Below, piece by piece: positions 48,485-62,167 of a DNA stretch of 64,000 bases. The notes under the pieces were generated by a model, which was not told the origin of the DNA, made no database searches, and saw nothing but the letters and a program-made list of their open reading frames with translations. Source of the DNA: Rebecca billardiae RCC1528 (lineage: Eukaryota > Protista > Haptophyta). Within the stretch, counting starts at the first letter, position 1, and each line of letters opens with the position of its first letter. The translations under genes and the position numbers were made by a program. The stretch covers positions 248,001 through 312,000 of the forward strand of contig OZ251243.1 of assembly GCA_965240325.2 (NCBI GenBank), in the 5' to 3' direction.

Positions 48485-48945
48485 GCCTGCCGCGGCGCGC
48501 GCGCACGGCAAGCAGCCGTCCGCGTTCCGCGTTTCGTCGCGGCGAAAATGACCTTAATTAATTGCTGAATAAAGATCGTCCGTCGAAAAACACCGATGGT
48601 GACGGCCGCCATCGCAGTCGCGGCGACGGCGCTGCTTGGCGCGTCCAGTGGGCGCCCTGCCCTTCTCCGGGGACGCGTCCGGCATGGCTGGCAATGCTGC
48701 CGCGGGGCGAGAGGCCTGCGCGCGCGCGGGCGCCGATACGCTCGTGGACGTGTGACGACGCTGCGGCCGTGATGATGAGTGCTCGCGGACGGCTGACAAT
48801 GTTGCGCGCCCCGTGATGAGGAGTGCCGCATGCATGCGACGCGCATCGTCAGCATCGACCCGCGCCGGTGAATAAAAAGGTATGGTCAGCAGCATCGATG
48901 GCGGCGGCGGCGGGGATGAAGCGCGCTCGTTCTCGGAGCGCGCGC

Positions 48946-50381
48946 CTATTGCCGCGTGCCGTCGGACCAGAGCTCGCGCCGCGGCCGCTTGCTCGGTGCG
49001 GGCTCGGACTGTGAGCCGCCATCCGCGCCGGCGCGACTGCCGCCCGCGTCCGACGCCGCAGCGCGCGACGCTGCGGCCGCGCCGCCCTCGCGCGGCGCGG
49101 GCGGCCCTCCGTGTGCTGCGGGCTCGGGCTCGTCCGCCGCGCCCGACTCCGCGCCCGACTCCTCCTTGGACGACTCGGCGCCCGCGATGATCACGCGCGC
49201 GTTGATGGCGGGCGAGAAGGGCCCGATCAGCGCCTCCTGCTCGAGCTTGCACAGCAGCATGCATGCGTCGAGCGGCTGCAGGCCGGGCACCGACGCGGCG
49301 AGGATCTCGGCGTTGAGGTGCGCGCCGTAGCCGCGCGCGAGGCACGCGCGCTTCGCGTCCTCGTACCGCTCGGCCGCCTTGCGCGCCGCGCCGCCGCTCT
49401 GTGCGGCCGAGCCGGAGGGCGTGGCGCTGCGCGCGTCGCTGCCGGCCGCGCGCGAGCCCGGCCGCGAGCCGGCCGCGCGCCGCGCGGACGCGCTCGGCGT
49501 GCCCGCCGGCGGCTGCGAGCCGGGCGCGCACGAGGCGCTCGGGCGCGGCGGCGGGGGGCGCGAGGCGCCGATCGGCACGGTGCTCGCGCCGATCGGCTCC
49601 ACGTCCGCCCACATGCCCTCGGCGCAGCCCGTGTACAGAAGCGCGCGCACGGCCTGGTGCTCCGTGCGCACCGCGAGAAGAGACGCGGAGCGCGGCGCGG
49701 CGGCGAAGGTGTGCCCGCGGCCCTCGACGGAGCGCGGCGCGGAGAAGCAGGCGGGCGGGCGGTAGTCCGGCGGCGTGGCCTCGTTGAACACGAGCTCGAT
49801 GCGCATGTACGTCGGCAGCTCGGGCAGCGGCGCCGTCGACTCGGCGAGCGCGCCGAGCTGCGACAGGAGCGCGTTGCACTGCGACTGGATGCCCGACTGG
49901 CTGGCGTACGGGATCTCGGCGTTGGGCGTGGGCTCGTACGTGCACATGAACGTGTACAGCTCGAGGACTGCTCGCGCCGCGCGCCGCGACGCCGGGCGCG
50001 ACTGAGCGCGCGCGCGCGGCCGGCGCGGCGCGAGCGCGGCGCGGCGCGCTCGCGCCGCGCACCGTTCTCGCCAGCCTCGTCGGCCGAGATGACAAAGACG
50101 ACCTGGTCGAGGTACTGCTTCTGGATGGCGGGTAGGATGCCCTCGCGCATCCAGCGGCGCAGGTCCTTCGTGCGCTCGCTGTCCTTGAGCACCTGGTGCA
50201 GCGTGTAGCCCTCGATGAGCCGCACGTCGGCAAAGTCGCTCGGCGGGAAGAGGCCGCGGCTGTGACAGATCTTCGAGATGGCGGTCTGCAGCATGGAGTA
50301 CATGGCGACGGAGCTCGCCTGCAGCGTCACCTTCTGCTCCGTCGCCTGGCGCGGCGGGCGGAACGCCACGCACGTCGGCAT
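48946..50381 (-). CDS. HOP1: Meiotic HORMA-domain protein (Hop1/ASY1/HORMAD-like); intron 50062-49968
   Basis: AISKICHSRGLFPPSDF, WMREGILPAIQKQYL, VLELYTF, LPELP..IELVFNEATPPDYRPP..F; C-terminal winged-helix-like segment. Confidence 0.82.
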
Positions 50382-50621
50382 GGTCGGCGCGAGAGGGCGG
50401 AGGCGGCTGCGCCAAAGGCAATCGTCCGCCAGCTTCTCAAAGCGCGCGACTCGCTCGCTGCTGACCAACGACCCAAAGCTTCGCTCAGGTACCGCCCTTG
50501 GCTCAGGCCTGGGCCCCTGCTCCGGACAGTCCGGTGCGTCCTTGCGCGCCAGCACAGCAGCAGTGTGAACGAACGGCCGAGCTGCATGCGCCCCGCGCAT
50601 GCGTGCGCCGCGCGCCCCGCC

Positions 50622-51934
50622 TCACTCCGCCTCCGGCATCGCCGCCGACACGTCGGCATCGTGCACGAGCTCGAAGCGCCCGAGCCGCGAGCCGACCACG
50701 GGCGCGCCGGCCGCCGCCGCCGCCGCCGCGCGCGCGCGCGCGCCGCCGTACGCAGACGCGGGCCTGCCGCTCGCGCCGCCGCCCGGCGCGCGCGCCGCCG
50801 CGCCCTCGACGGGCACGGGCGCGCCGCCCGCCGCGCCCCCCGCGGCGCGCGGCGCGTCGACGATCACCTTCACGATGTCCTCCGCGAGCTCGCGCATCAG
50901 CGAGCCCTTCGTCGCCGACCTGTGGTGCGCGAGGTTAGGCGACTCGTTCAGCTCAATCAGCCACGGCCGCAGCTGCTCGTCCAGCACGAGGTCGGCGCCG
51001 AGCAGCTCGCAGCACGACGCGCCGCTCGCGCCGAGCGGCTTGGGCCCGCCGCGCGCCTCGGGCGCGCTCGCCAGCGCCGAGACGCACGCCGCCGCCATCG
51101 CGGGCAGCACGTACAGCTCCCACGCGCGCGGCGGCAGCCCCCGCGCCGCGCTCAGGTGTGCGGCGAGTTGAGCGCCGCTCCACAGCAGCTCCTCGTGCTG
51201 CGGCTCGGCGGGGCCGTCGGGCGCGTCCGCGCCGGCGGACGCGTCGTACGCCTCCGCCTCCGCCTCCGCCGCCTCCCGCCCGTCCGCCCCGCGCGCGCCC
51301 GCGCCCGAGCCGCCGCCCGCGGCCGCGGCGGCCGAGAGCGTCGTCGCCGCGGCCGCGGCGGACGCGGCCGAGGCGAGGCGCCGCTGCACAGTGCGGTTCG
51401 TCACGTGCACGATGGCGGCGAGGCCGTCGGCGGGGTCGAGGGACCAGGGCGCGCCGGCGCGCCGCACGATGCACTCGCGCCAGAACCACACGCTCAGCGG
51501 CCGCCAGCTCGTCACGAGCACCCAGCACCGGATGTCAAACTTGCGGCCACCGGCGAGCAGCGGCGCCTCTGCGTATTTCTGGACCACGCGGTGCGAGTCT
51601 GCTGCCGCGAGGATGCGCCCGAGCTCGCGCTCGACGCGCACGCCGACGCCGCGCGCGCCGTACGACGGCTTCACCACCCACAGGTTGTGCCCCGCCTCGA
51701 GCGGCAGCTGCAGCCCGCACACGCTCGGCGTCGGCGGGAGGCGCAGCGGCGGCGGCGGAGCGCCGAGCTCGGCGGCGCGTGCGCCGTCCGCGGCGGCGTC
51801 GGCGCCGGCGTCGTCGGCGCCCGGCGCGGCCGCGCCGCCGCCGCCCGTATCCAGCGCGCGGAGCTCGGCGACGAGCGCGCGCGCGCGCGCGGCGAGCTCG
51901 GCGGCGGTGGCGCCCTCCGTCCACGCCGCGCCCT

Positions 51935-51977
<43 letters not shown>

Positions 51978-53088
51978 GCTCGGCTCGGCCCACGCCACCG
52001 CCGCCGCCGGCCGCGCGCCGCCGCCGCCGGCCGTTGCCGTCGGCGCGCCCGCGCTCGCTCGCTCCGAGCGCGCTTGTGCGGCCGTCCCGGCGGGGCGGGA
52101 GCGCGCGCCGCCGGCCGAGGCGGCGCGGCTGCGGCTGGCCGACATGGCGCGCGAGAGCGCGCCGCGGACGCCGCCGCCGCCGCCTCCGGGGCCCGCCGCC
52201 GCGGCAGCGCACGCCGGGGCGCCGTCGCCGTCGGCGGCGGCGGCGGCTGCGGCGGCCGGCGGCGCGTGCGCGGCGGCGGCGCCGTCGGCGCGCGCGGCGG
52301 CGGCTCGCTCGGTGGCGATGCGCCGGATGGCGGCGACCTGCGAGGAGGAGGCGGCGGCGGCTCGGAGCGCCGCGCCGCGCTGCGCCGGCGGCGAGCTCGC
52401 GCGCGCAGCCGAGCCCGCCTCCGGCGCGCGCGCCCGCCGCAGGCCCGCCGAGGCCGCGCGCACAAGGCGCGGCCGCGCCGCGCCGGCGGCGGCGGCGGCA
52501 GCGGCGGCGGCACTGTCCACACACGCCACCGGCGGCGGCGCGCGCGCGGCGGCGCCCTGCCCGGCGGCGGCGGCGGCGGTGCCCGGCGCGCTCGGCTCCG
52601 CCGCGAGCGCTCGCGCCTCGCAGCCGTCGCCGCCGCCGCCGCCGCCGCCGGGGTGCGCGCCGCCGCGCCCCTCGGCGTGTGCGCACACCTCTGCCCACTC
52701 CGAGTCACTCAGCGCGCGCGCCGCCGCCTCGGCCGCCGCGGCGTAGGGCGGCGCGGCGTCGAGGGGCGCGCCGGGCAGCGGCGCGTCCGCGCGCGTGAGC
52801 GCGCGCACCAGCGCCTCGCACGCGCGCACGCACAGACCGAGGGTCGCGCGCGGCGGCGGCGGCGGCGGCGGCGCGCCGCCGCTCGCGCGGCGCGCGCCGG
52901 CGCGCGCGCCGCCGCCGCCCGCGGCGCCGCGCGCGAGCAGGCAGCGCGCGGCCGTGAGCCGAAAGTCCGCCACGAATTGCGCGACGTGCGCCTCGACGGC
53001 GAGGTCGTACGAGCGGGGGAACACGGCGTCGAGCGGCGGCAGCACCGCGCCCGCGCCGCGCGCGCCGCCGCCGCCGCCCGCGCGGCCC

Positions 53089-53119
<31 letters not shown>

Positions 53120-56100
53120 CGCGCGCCGCCGCGCGCACCGCGCCAACCAGCCCGGCCTTGGTCGTGAGCTCGGTGGCGCGCGGCCAGTGGTTGACGAGCG
53201 TGCCGCGCGCGAGCGCGCCAAAGTCGACCGACGACGCGCGCACCGTCCACACAAGGTGCACGGGCGCGCGCGTGCCCCGCTCCGCGCGCGCCCAGCCGCG
53301 CAGCGCGAGCGCGCTCGCCACCGCCTCATTCTCGCTGACAAAGCTCAGCCCCGAGGTGACGTGCACGCGCAGGCACGCGGCCGCCGGGCGCGGCTGTGGC
53401 GGCGGCGGCGGATTCGACGACGAAGACTCAGGAACGGCGTGCGCGGCGCGCGCGCCGCCGTCGGCGTAGCCGCCGGCCGAGGGGGCGGCGCGCTCGAAGC
53501 GCGCTCGGAGCAACGCCGGGCCGGGCGGCGTGTGCGCCGGCGCCTGCACCACCGCCGCCACCGCCGCGGGCCGCGCGCCGCGCGGGGGCCGCCAGCTGAG
53601 CGCACTCACCGTGCAGCGGACGGCGGCACCCCCCTCCGCCGCGCCTGCGCCGCCGCCGCCGCCGCCAGCACCGCCGTCGGCGCCGCCGCGCGCGCCGCGC
53701 GCGGCACCGCCTGCGCCTGCAGTGTCCGCGTCGGCGTCGGCGGCTGGCTGCACGCCGGCGGCCTGCGGCAGCAGGGCGGGGACGAGCTCGAAGCAGAGCT
53801 CGGAGGCGGAGGGGAGCGCGCTGGGCGCGGCGGCGGCGGCGGCGGCGGCCGCGCCGAGGCCGGCCGCGCTCACTCGCACGCCCGGAGGCGGCACGCCCGC
53901 CGCGCCCGGCGCGAGCGTCGCCGCGCCGAGCGCAGGCACCGGGTTGCCGCCCGCGTCGACTGCGCTCAGCAGGATCGGGCCAAAGTCGGCGCCGACGGCG
54001 AGCAGCTCGCGAACCGCCGCGAGGCGCAGCGCGACCGGCGGGCCCGGGAGCACGCTCAGCGGCAGCGAGCCATCACGCAGCGCCGCGCCGCCCGCCGAGC
54101 GCGACGCCGCGCGGCTCGGCGCCGCGCGCAGCCAGTACGCGCCGGCGCGGCACTCGGCGCGCACGCGCAGCAGCACCCGCGGCGGCCACGGCAGCACGAG
54201 CGGCGGGCCGTCGAGCGCGAGCGAGCACGGCGCGCCCGACGCCGACGCGGACCCCGCGGCTGCTGCGCTCGAGTCGCCGACGCGCGCGTCCACCGACGGG
54301 CGAGCGCCATCGGCGCCTACCGAGCTGAGCTCCGCGCACCCGCCGCCGCCGCCGCCCAGCCCGCCGCCGGCGCCGCCCAGCCCGCCGTCGGCGGCGCCCT
54401 GCCCGCCTCCAAGCGCGCTGACTGGCGCGCTGCACGCCACCCACGCCGAGGCGGCGGGCGCGGAGGCGCGCGCGGGCGGCGCGTCCGCCGGCGGTGTGGC
54501 GCACATGGCCGCGCCTTCGCCGCCCGCCGAGCCGGCGCCGACGCCGCCCGCCGGCCGGCACAGCACAAGGGCAGGGCCGATCGCTTCGAACATCGAGCGA
54601 GCGCGCGCCGCCGCGGCCGCGCGCGCCTCGGCTGTGCGCGTGGCGCGCGCGCCGCCGCCCTCCACCTCCTCGCCCCAGCCCCAGGCATCCGGCTCGTCTG
54701 GCGCGCCGCGCGGCTCGGCGGCGGCGCTGCCGCAACCGGGCGCCGAGCCCGCCACCCCGCCCGCCACCGAGCCCGCCGCCCCGCCCGCCGCCAAGCCCGC
54801 CGCCCCGCCCGCCGCCTCTGCCGCCCCGCCGCCCTGCCCCACCGCACCGCCTCCCAGCATGGCCGCCGCCGTCCGCTCCGCCGCCGCCGCCTCGGCCTCC
54901 GCCGCCTCGGCCGCCGTCGGCTCCGCCGCCGCCGCCTCGGCCGCCGCCGCCTCGGCCGCCGTCGGCTCCGCCGTCGGCTCCGCCGTCGGATCGAGCGCGT
55001 TGCCAAACGCGTCGGTCAGCAGCAGGGTGAGCACCTCGGAGCGCACGCCGCACACGCACACGGCGCCCGCGCCCTCGCCGCCGCCGTCGCCGCCGCCGTC
55101 GTCACCGCCGCTCGAGGCGGAGGCCTCGCGGCGCAGGGCGCCAGGCGGCGGCGGCGGGCCCGCCGTCGCGCCCGCCGTCAGCGCCGCCGCCGGCTGCGGC
55201 GCCGCCGGCTGCGGCGCCGCCGGCTGCGGCGGCGCGGCCGGCGGCGCCGCCCACAGCCGCAGCGCCGCGGGCGCGCCCGGCCGCACGCGTAACCGACACT
55301 CCCCGCCTCTCACGAGCGCCTCCCCGATCGTTACGCTCACGACGTACTCGCCCGCGCGCTCGAGGGTGAGCTCAGCCTCGGCGCTCGCGCCGAGCGGGTG
55401 CGCGCGCGCGCGCCGCGCCTCGTCCTCGGAGACCGGCGCCGCGCTGAGCTCGAGCGGCGGCGGCGGCGGCTGCGGGCCGCGCGAGCGCGCGAGGCGCGCG
55501 CTCAGCCGCACACACCGCGCCGCACCCGCCGTGTCCAGCACGTTCCCGGAAACGTCGCACACGCGCAGCTGCAGTCGGTACGAATCGCCCGCGGTGGCGT
55601 CGGGCAGCTGCCGCGGCGGCGCGAGCGCGGGCGGCGCCCGCTCGATCCACGGCGCGCCCCGCGCCGCGCGCGCCGGCCCGGCCGAGAGCACGGCCGATCG
55701 GAAGGGCGACACCGCGCCCGCCACCACCGGCACGCTCAGAACCGCCGGCTGCAGGGGGGGCGAGGCTGGCGGGTGCGCGCGCGCGCCGGCGGCGGCGGAG
55801 GGCGGCGCCGGCGCCGCCACCTCCGGCTCAAGCGCCGCCGGCGCGCCCGCCGCGCCCTCCGCGAGCGCCACGCCCGGCGCCAGGCTCAGCACCACGCGCC
55901 ACCGCCCGGACCGCCCATCGCATCGCAGCGCGCACGCGCGCGCGCCGCCGAGCGCGCGCGAGCGCGCGCGCGCGCCGCGCGGCTGCGGCGGGAGTGTCTG
56001 GCGCTGCGGCGCGGCGGGTGCGGCGGCGCCGCCCGGCTGCTGCGTGCTCTGTGCCGCGGCGACCGCCGTCGCCGCCGCCGCCGCTGCCCACCCCGCCGCC

Positions 56101-59100
56101 GCGCTCCCCGCCGCCGCCGCCGCCGGCCCGCCGCCGCCCGCCGCCGCGCTCGCCGCCGCCGTGCCGCCCGCCGCCGAGCTCGCCGCCGCGCCCGCCGCCG
56201 CGCTCGCCGCCGCGCTCGCCGCCGCGGCAGAGTCGAGCTCAAGCAGCTCGACGCGGTCATGCGGCGCGGCGGGGCCGTCGCGCGAGCCGCGCACCCGCGG
56301 AGCACCCGCGGCGCCGCCCTCGGCGCCGAGCCCACCGCCCTCCGCGCCCGCGCCCGCGCCGCCGTCCGCGCCCGCGCCGCCATCCGCGCCGCCGCCCGCG
56401 CCGCCGTCCGCGCCGCCGTCCGCGCCGCCGTCCGCGCCGCCGTCCGCGCCGCCGCCGTCGTCGTCGCGCCCGCCGACGCTCGCCACGGCGGCGACGAGCG
56501 ACGCCGCCGGCACGTCTGCGCAGACATTGCCCCACGCGTCGACGGCGTGGACGTACAAGGGTCCGCTCAGCGCGCCGCACGGCAGCGCAGGCAGCCGCAG
56601 CACCGCCGGCGCCGCCGCGTCCGCCGCGGCGCCGCCGGCCGCGCCGCGCGGCGCGCGCAGCGCGCGCAGCGCGTGCGGCCGCGCCGCGCGCACGCTGACC
56701 GTGTGCTCGCACTGCGGCGCAGGCTCGCCGTCGACGAGCACGCTGAGCGCGTAGCTGCCGGCGCGCAGCGCACGCAGCGCCACGCGCACCGTGCCGTCAG
56801 CCGCGCCCTCCAGCGCCGCCGACAGCTCGCCGCCGCGCGCCGCCGCGCCGGCCGCGGCCGCGCCGCCGCCGCCGTCGGCGGCGCCGGCCGCGCCAGCGCC
56901 GGCCGCGCCGCCGCCGCCGTCGGCGGGAGCGCCGCCGGGCGCAGCGCTGAGCGGGCGCACGCGCACGCGCACCTGCGCCAGCGCGCGAGCCGCGGCCCCG
57001 CCGCGCGCCGCGCTCGCGCCCTTGCTCGCCGCCGCCGCCGCCGCGGGCTCGGCTGCGGCCTGCGGCGCCGCCGCCTCACGCGCCGCCGCCGCCGCGCCCT
57101 CCGCCGCCGCCGCCTCGGCTGCCGCCGCCGGCGCGCCCTCCGCCGCGGGCTCGGCTGGCACGAGGTTGCCGAAGCGGTCCACGCAGCGCACGCTCAGCTC
57201 CGCCTCGCGCCCGGCGACCAGCCCCTCCGCCAGCGCCGCGCCGCGCACCGTGCACGCGCGCGCGCACACGGGCCCCGGTCGCAGCCCAACTCGCAACTCC
57301 ACGGCGCGCGCCGCCGCCGCGCCGCGCGCGCCGCCGCCGCCCTCGCCGCCCGGCGCGCCGGCCGCGCCATACGGGCGCAGGCCGCCCTCGCGCGCGGCGC
57401 CGGTCTCGTCGCGCACGCCGAGCGTGACAACGCCCGCGCGCCCCGACAGCTCCAGCAGGTACGCGCGCGGCTGCACGCACACGCCGCCCACGCCCGAGGC
57501 GTGCGCCGACCCCGGCGGCGGCGGCGGCGGCAGCTGCCGCGCGCGCCACGCCGCGCCCAAACTGCTTCGCCCGTCGGTCTGAAAAGGCTCCGGGGCGCCG
57601 AGCTCGCACGCAGCGCGCACGTGCAGCGTGGGCGCGGGCGCGCCGAGCGCGTCGTCGCGCGCGCCCGCGCCGCCGCCCGCCGGGTCCGCGCCGTGCGCCG
57701 CCGCGCGCCACGCGCCGCCTTCGGGCGACGAGGGCACACCGCCTAGATCAGCATGGCCGCCGCCGGCCGCGCCGCCGCCGCCGGCCGCCGCGTGAGCGCC
57801 GCCGCCGCGCGCCGCCGCGCCCAGCAGCGTGCCGAGCGCGGGCGCGTACGGCACCCCGCTCACGCGCCGACCCCACCGGTCGACCGCCCACACCCAGAGC
57901 GGGCGCGAGCACGGCTGCCCGGCGCGCGCGCGCGTGCGCGTGCGCGGCTCCGGCGGCGACGCCGCGCCCGCGCCCGCCGCGCCGTCGGCGGCCGCGCCCG
58001 CCGCCGACGACGATGACGCCCACGGCGGCACAAGCGCTGCCGGGCTCAGCTCGATGAGCTGCGGCCCGCTCGCGCCACCACCGCGCGCCTCAGCCGCGCC
58101 GCGCCCGCGCGCTACGCCACCGCCGTCCGTCTGGGCGGGCGAGCCGTGCCTGCCCGCGAGCGCGCACGCGTCCGCGCGCGCCGCCTCGGCCGCGCCTGCC
58201 GCCGACGCCGACGCGGGCGCTGCTGCCGCCGACGCCGCCGCCGCTGCTGCTGCTGCTGCGGGGAAGAGGATCGGCACGGCCTCGACGCTGCCAAACGCCG
58301 CGCGCAGAAAGTAGGGCGGCGCGGTCAGCGCCACCTCCAGCGCGGGGGACACGAGCTGCACGCCCAGCCAGCCAAGTGCCGCCGCACCCGCCGCGCCCGC
58401 CGCGCCCGCCGCGCCCGCCGCGCCCGCCGCGCCCGCCGCGTCCGCGCCCGTGCGCGCGCCGCCGCCGTCGGCGTCGGCGTCACGCGCCGTGGCGCGCGGC
58501 CGCGCGCGCACAGAGATGAGCGCGCGCTGCGCCGGCCCGGCGAGCACAAAGCTGAGGGCCGCCAGCTGCTTCGGCCCGAGCAGTCCGGCCTGCCAGCGAC
58601 ACTGCACACCAGACACCTGGATCTCACTCCCACCGCCGCCGCCGCCGCCGCCATCGGCCGCGCCGCCGCCGCCGCCGCCGCTTTCGCCATCGGCCGCGCC
58701 CGCGCCGCGCGCGCCACCGCCGGCGCTCACGGCGCGCACGTCGAGCTCATAGTCCACGCCGCCCGCCAGCGCGCCCGACGCGTCCTCGAGCCACGCCAGC
58801 ACCGGACCGAACCGGACTCCCGGCGTCGCCAGCGGCGGTTGGTGCGGCGCGTCGCGTGCCATGGCCGCGCGCGCGCACAGCCGTGTCGGCCGCGCGCTCA
58901 CGCTGAGCGCGAGCGCGCACGGTTGGAGCCGCGGGCGCGCGCGCGCGGCGCCGCCCTCGCCCACCTCGAGCACCACGCCGCCGGGCGAGCGCCCGTCGAA
59001 CCGAATCTGCATGAGCGCGGCCGCCACGCGCTGCTGCGGCTGCGGCCGCGCGCCCTCGCCGCCGCCGCCGCCCGCCGCCGGGCCGGCGCCGGCGGCGCCC

Positions 59101-61497
59101 GCGCCAGCGCTCGTTGCGCGCACGAGCCGCGTGCGCACCACCGTGCACGTCAGCGCGCCCGCTCGCGCGTCGGCCGCGCCCGCCGCGCCCTCGGGCGCGC
59201 GGCGCGCGTCCGCGCAGCCCACCGCCGCCTCCGCCTCCGCGCGCGCCGCCGCCTCCGCCTCCACGCGCGCCGCCGCCTCCGCCTCCGCGCGCGCCGCCGC
59301 CTCCGCCTCCGCGCCCGGCGGCAGCGGCGCGCGCGTGCTCGCGCCAATGCGCACCGCGGGCGCGAGCGCGGCCACGGTGACGCGGTTGCCGAAGGCATCG
59401 ACCGGCCACACGCAGAGCTCGAGCTCCGCCGCGCCGAGCCGCACGACGCTGTGCGCCGCGCGCGCGCGCAGCGCGCTCGGCGCAGCGGGCACAACACGCA
59501 CCACGTGTGCAGCCGCGCCGCCGCCGCCGATCGGCTGCCCGCGCAAGCCCACGCGCACGCGCAGCGCGCCCGCCGCGCGCGGCACAAACTGGACAGAGTA
59601 GGAGCCGTCAAGATGGTCGTGCACGCGCGGCGGCACGAGGAGCAGCCTAGGCGCCGCGCCGTCGGCAGCGGCACCGTCGTCGCCGCCGCGTCCCGCCGCG
59701 GGCCGCGCCGCGCCGGCGGCAGGCGGCTCGCGCTGCGCGGCCGCCCACGCGGGCAAGTCGGGCAGTGCTGTCGGCTCGTCGGCGTCGGGTGCGCCACCGG
59801 CCGCCGCCTCGGCCGCCGTCGCCGCCTCGATCGTCACGTCGAAGGCGTCGCCGCCGCGCGCGCGCCGCGCGCCGGCCGCGTCGTGCGCACAGATCACGAA
59901 CGCAGCGGCCTCGCCGGCGCGCGCGGCGCGCAGGCCGGGGCCGCTCGCGACGCAGCGCGCCGGGTCGGTGGCGGCGCCGTCAAAGAGCACGGCCGCGTGC
60001 CCGAAGCGGCCGAGCGCGCGGTGGGCCGGCGCGCCGCGCGCCCTCGCGCGCGCCCACGTGCGGCTGGGCACGTGCAGCGTGTACACACCCTCCGCCCATG
60101 GCGTGAGCGCAGTGTCCAAGGGGTTGTACTGCCCGCTCCACCCGCCGAAGAGGATCAGCACGTCGGCGCAGAGCGGCGTGAGAGTGTGCGCCTCGCGCCG
60201 GCCGACGGGCGTGCGCCGCACGCGCGTCCAGCCGTACACGCCGCCCGCCGTCTCCAGGACTGCCAGGTCCTGGCCCAGCCGAAGGCCGGGCGCGCCCGAC
60301 GTCAGCCGCGCGGCGCACACGCCGCCGTGCACGACCATGCGGCTGCCGGACATGGCGCACGCGTGCGCGCACCGCGGCGCGGGCGGGCGGCCCTGCGCGC
60401 GGAGCCGCGTCCACCGCGCGAGCACGGCGTCTCGCTCCGCCGCCGACGCCTCCTCCGCCGACGACGACGCCGACGACGACACGTGCTCGCCGCCCGCCGC
60501 CGCCGGCCCGCCGCCGCTGGCGGCGCGAGCGCGCGTGCGCAGGGCGAAGACGTCCAGCGCGTGGAGCTCGTTGCTCAGCCGCGCCTTGTCCGCGCTCGGC
60601 GCCGCCGCCGCGTTCGCCAGGCTCCCGGCGTGCATCCCCGGCGCCGCGCCGAGCGCGCCGCCGCCCAGCCGGCCGCCGCAGCCGCCGAACACGAGAATTC
60701 GACGAGAAGAAAGAATGGAGCTGAGCACGGCGGTGGGCACGGGCGGCGGCGCGGCTGGCTCGCGGGGCGGCGGCGCCGCGTGGGCGTGCGCGCCGCCGCC
60801 GCCGTCGTCGTCGGCCTCGCCCTCGCTCGCGCTCTCCTCGCCGCCGCCCTCGCCGCCCTCGCCGCGCGCGCCGCCCGCGCCGCGCGCGCCGCCCGCGCCG
60901 TCCGCGGCCGCGCCCGCGCCCGCGTCGGCCGCGCGCGCGCCCGCGGCCGCGGCGTACGCCGCGTGCGCCTCGTCGGCGTCGCGCAGCTCCACGCCGCCCG
61001 CCTCGCGCGGCGCGCACAGCTCCGCCAGCCACTCCAGCGGCGGCGGCGCGGGCTGCGCGCACGCGCTGTGCTTGGCGAGTGCGGACGGCGGAGCGCCGAG
61101 CGTGCGCACGCGCCGCCACGCGCGCCCCTCCGCGTCGACGCAGTGCACGTCGCGGTGGAAGCGCGCGGGCGGCGCGCGGCCCGCGCGGTCCGGCGTCGCG
61201 AACGACGGCACGTACCCGCCCACGATCAGCAGCCGCTCGCCCACCAGCGTCGCCGAGTGGTACGCTCGCCGCTCCGGGGGACCGGGCGCGTCCGCGCCGC
61301 CGCTCCGAGGCTGGAGCTGCTCGGTGCGCCCCGAGCTGAGCTGCACGACGGCGAGCTCGGCGGAGGTGTGCGCCCACGCGGTGGGCAGGTCGGGGCCGTG
61401 CGTGCCCAGCGCCGAGCCGCCGAGCCCGACGCCGTGCGCGCTCGCCGACGACGTGCCCAGCACGGACGTGCTCGGCCCAAGCCCAAGGCCAAGCGCC

Positions 61498-61532
<35 letters not shown>

Positions 61533-62018
61533 CGAGGCCGTGATGGGCTGCAGGTTGTACCCGCCGAAGAGGAGCGCGCGCGTGCCGTCGGCGAGGAGCG
61601 TGAGCGTCGCGCCCGTGCGCTGCGCCTGCCCCGCCGCCGCCGAGCCCAGCGGCGCCTGCTGCCAGCTCGCGCCGCCGTCCGCATCCACGGAGAGGAACAG
61701 CGCGTCGCCCGAGTAGTAGTCGCAGCTGCGCGTGCGCTCGAGCTCCTCCTTGGGCGGGTCGCGGTTGTTGCCGTACACGCGGAACGTCTCCCACGACGCG
61801 CGCCACGCGGGCATCGCGCTCGGCCCGCCCGAGCCGCGCGCGCCGCCGCCAAAGCCGCCGACGACCAGCAGCCGCTGCTTGGAGGCGCCCGCGAGCGCGG
61901 CGCGGAGCTGCGCGGGGACGGCGCTGGCTGGCGCGCGAGCCGCGCTGGCGGGGCGCACGCTCGCCGCGAGCAGCGGCCGGGGGTCGTGCCGCAGGTCGCG
62001 CCCCACCTCGCGCCCCAT
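50622..62018 (-). CDS. ~3800-aa fusion: Kelch repeats, several filamin/Ig repeats and a TTLL3/8-like (tubulin glycylase-type) ligase domain
   Basis: Kelch: RAYHSATLVGERLLIVGG, ILVFGG, RCAHAC..VVHGG, LILFGG. Filamin: ASGPGL..AGE..F.I.AHD..G..R..GGD.F, DGSYSV, DAFGN/DRFGN. TTL: VNHWP..ELTTKAGL, FPRSYDL, DFRLTAA, WVVKP, VVQKY.EAPLL..RKFDIRCW, ELLGAD..PWLIELNESP. Confidence 0.82.
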
Positions 62019-62167
62019 CGCGTGTGGGTCCCACGTCAAGGGATGAGGTCTTAACGGCACCGCCACGCCTCCGCCATCGTGCGACGACCGCACAACGGGC
62101 CGGCTGCCGGTCGCGCGCGCGGCCGGGGCGCGACAACTTTGACATCAAAGTGACAACCTCCGCCGCC

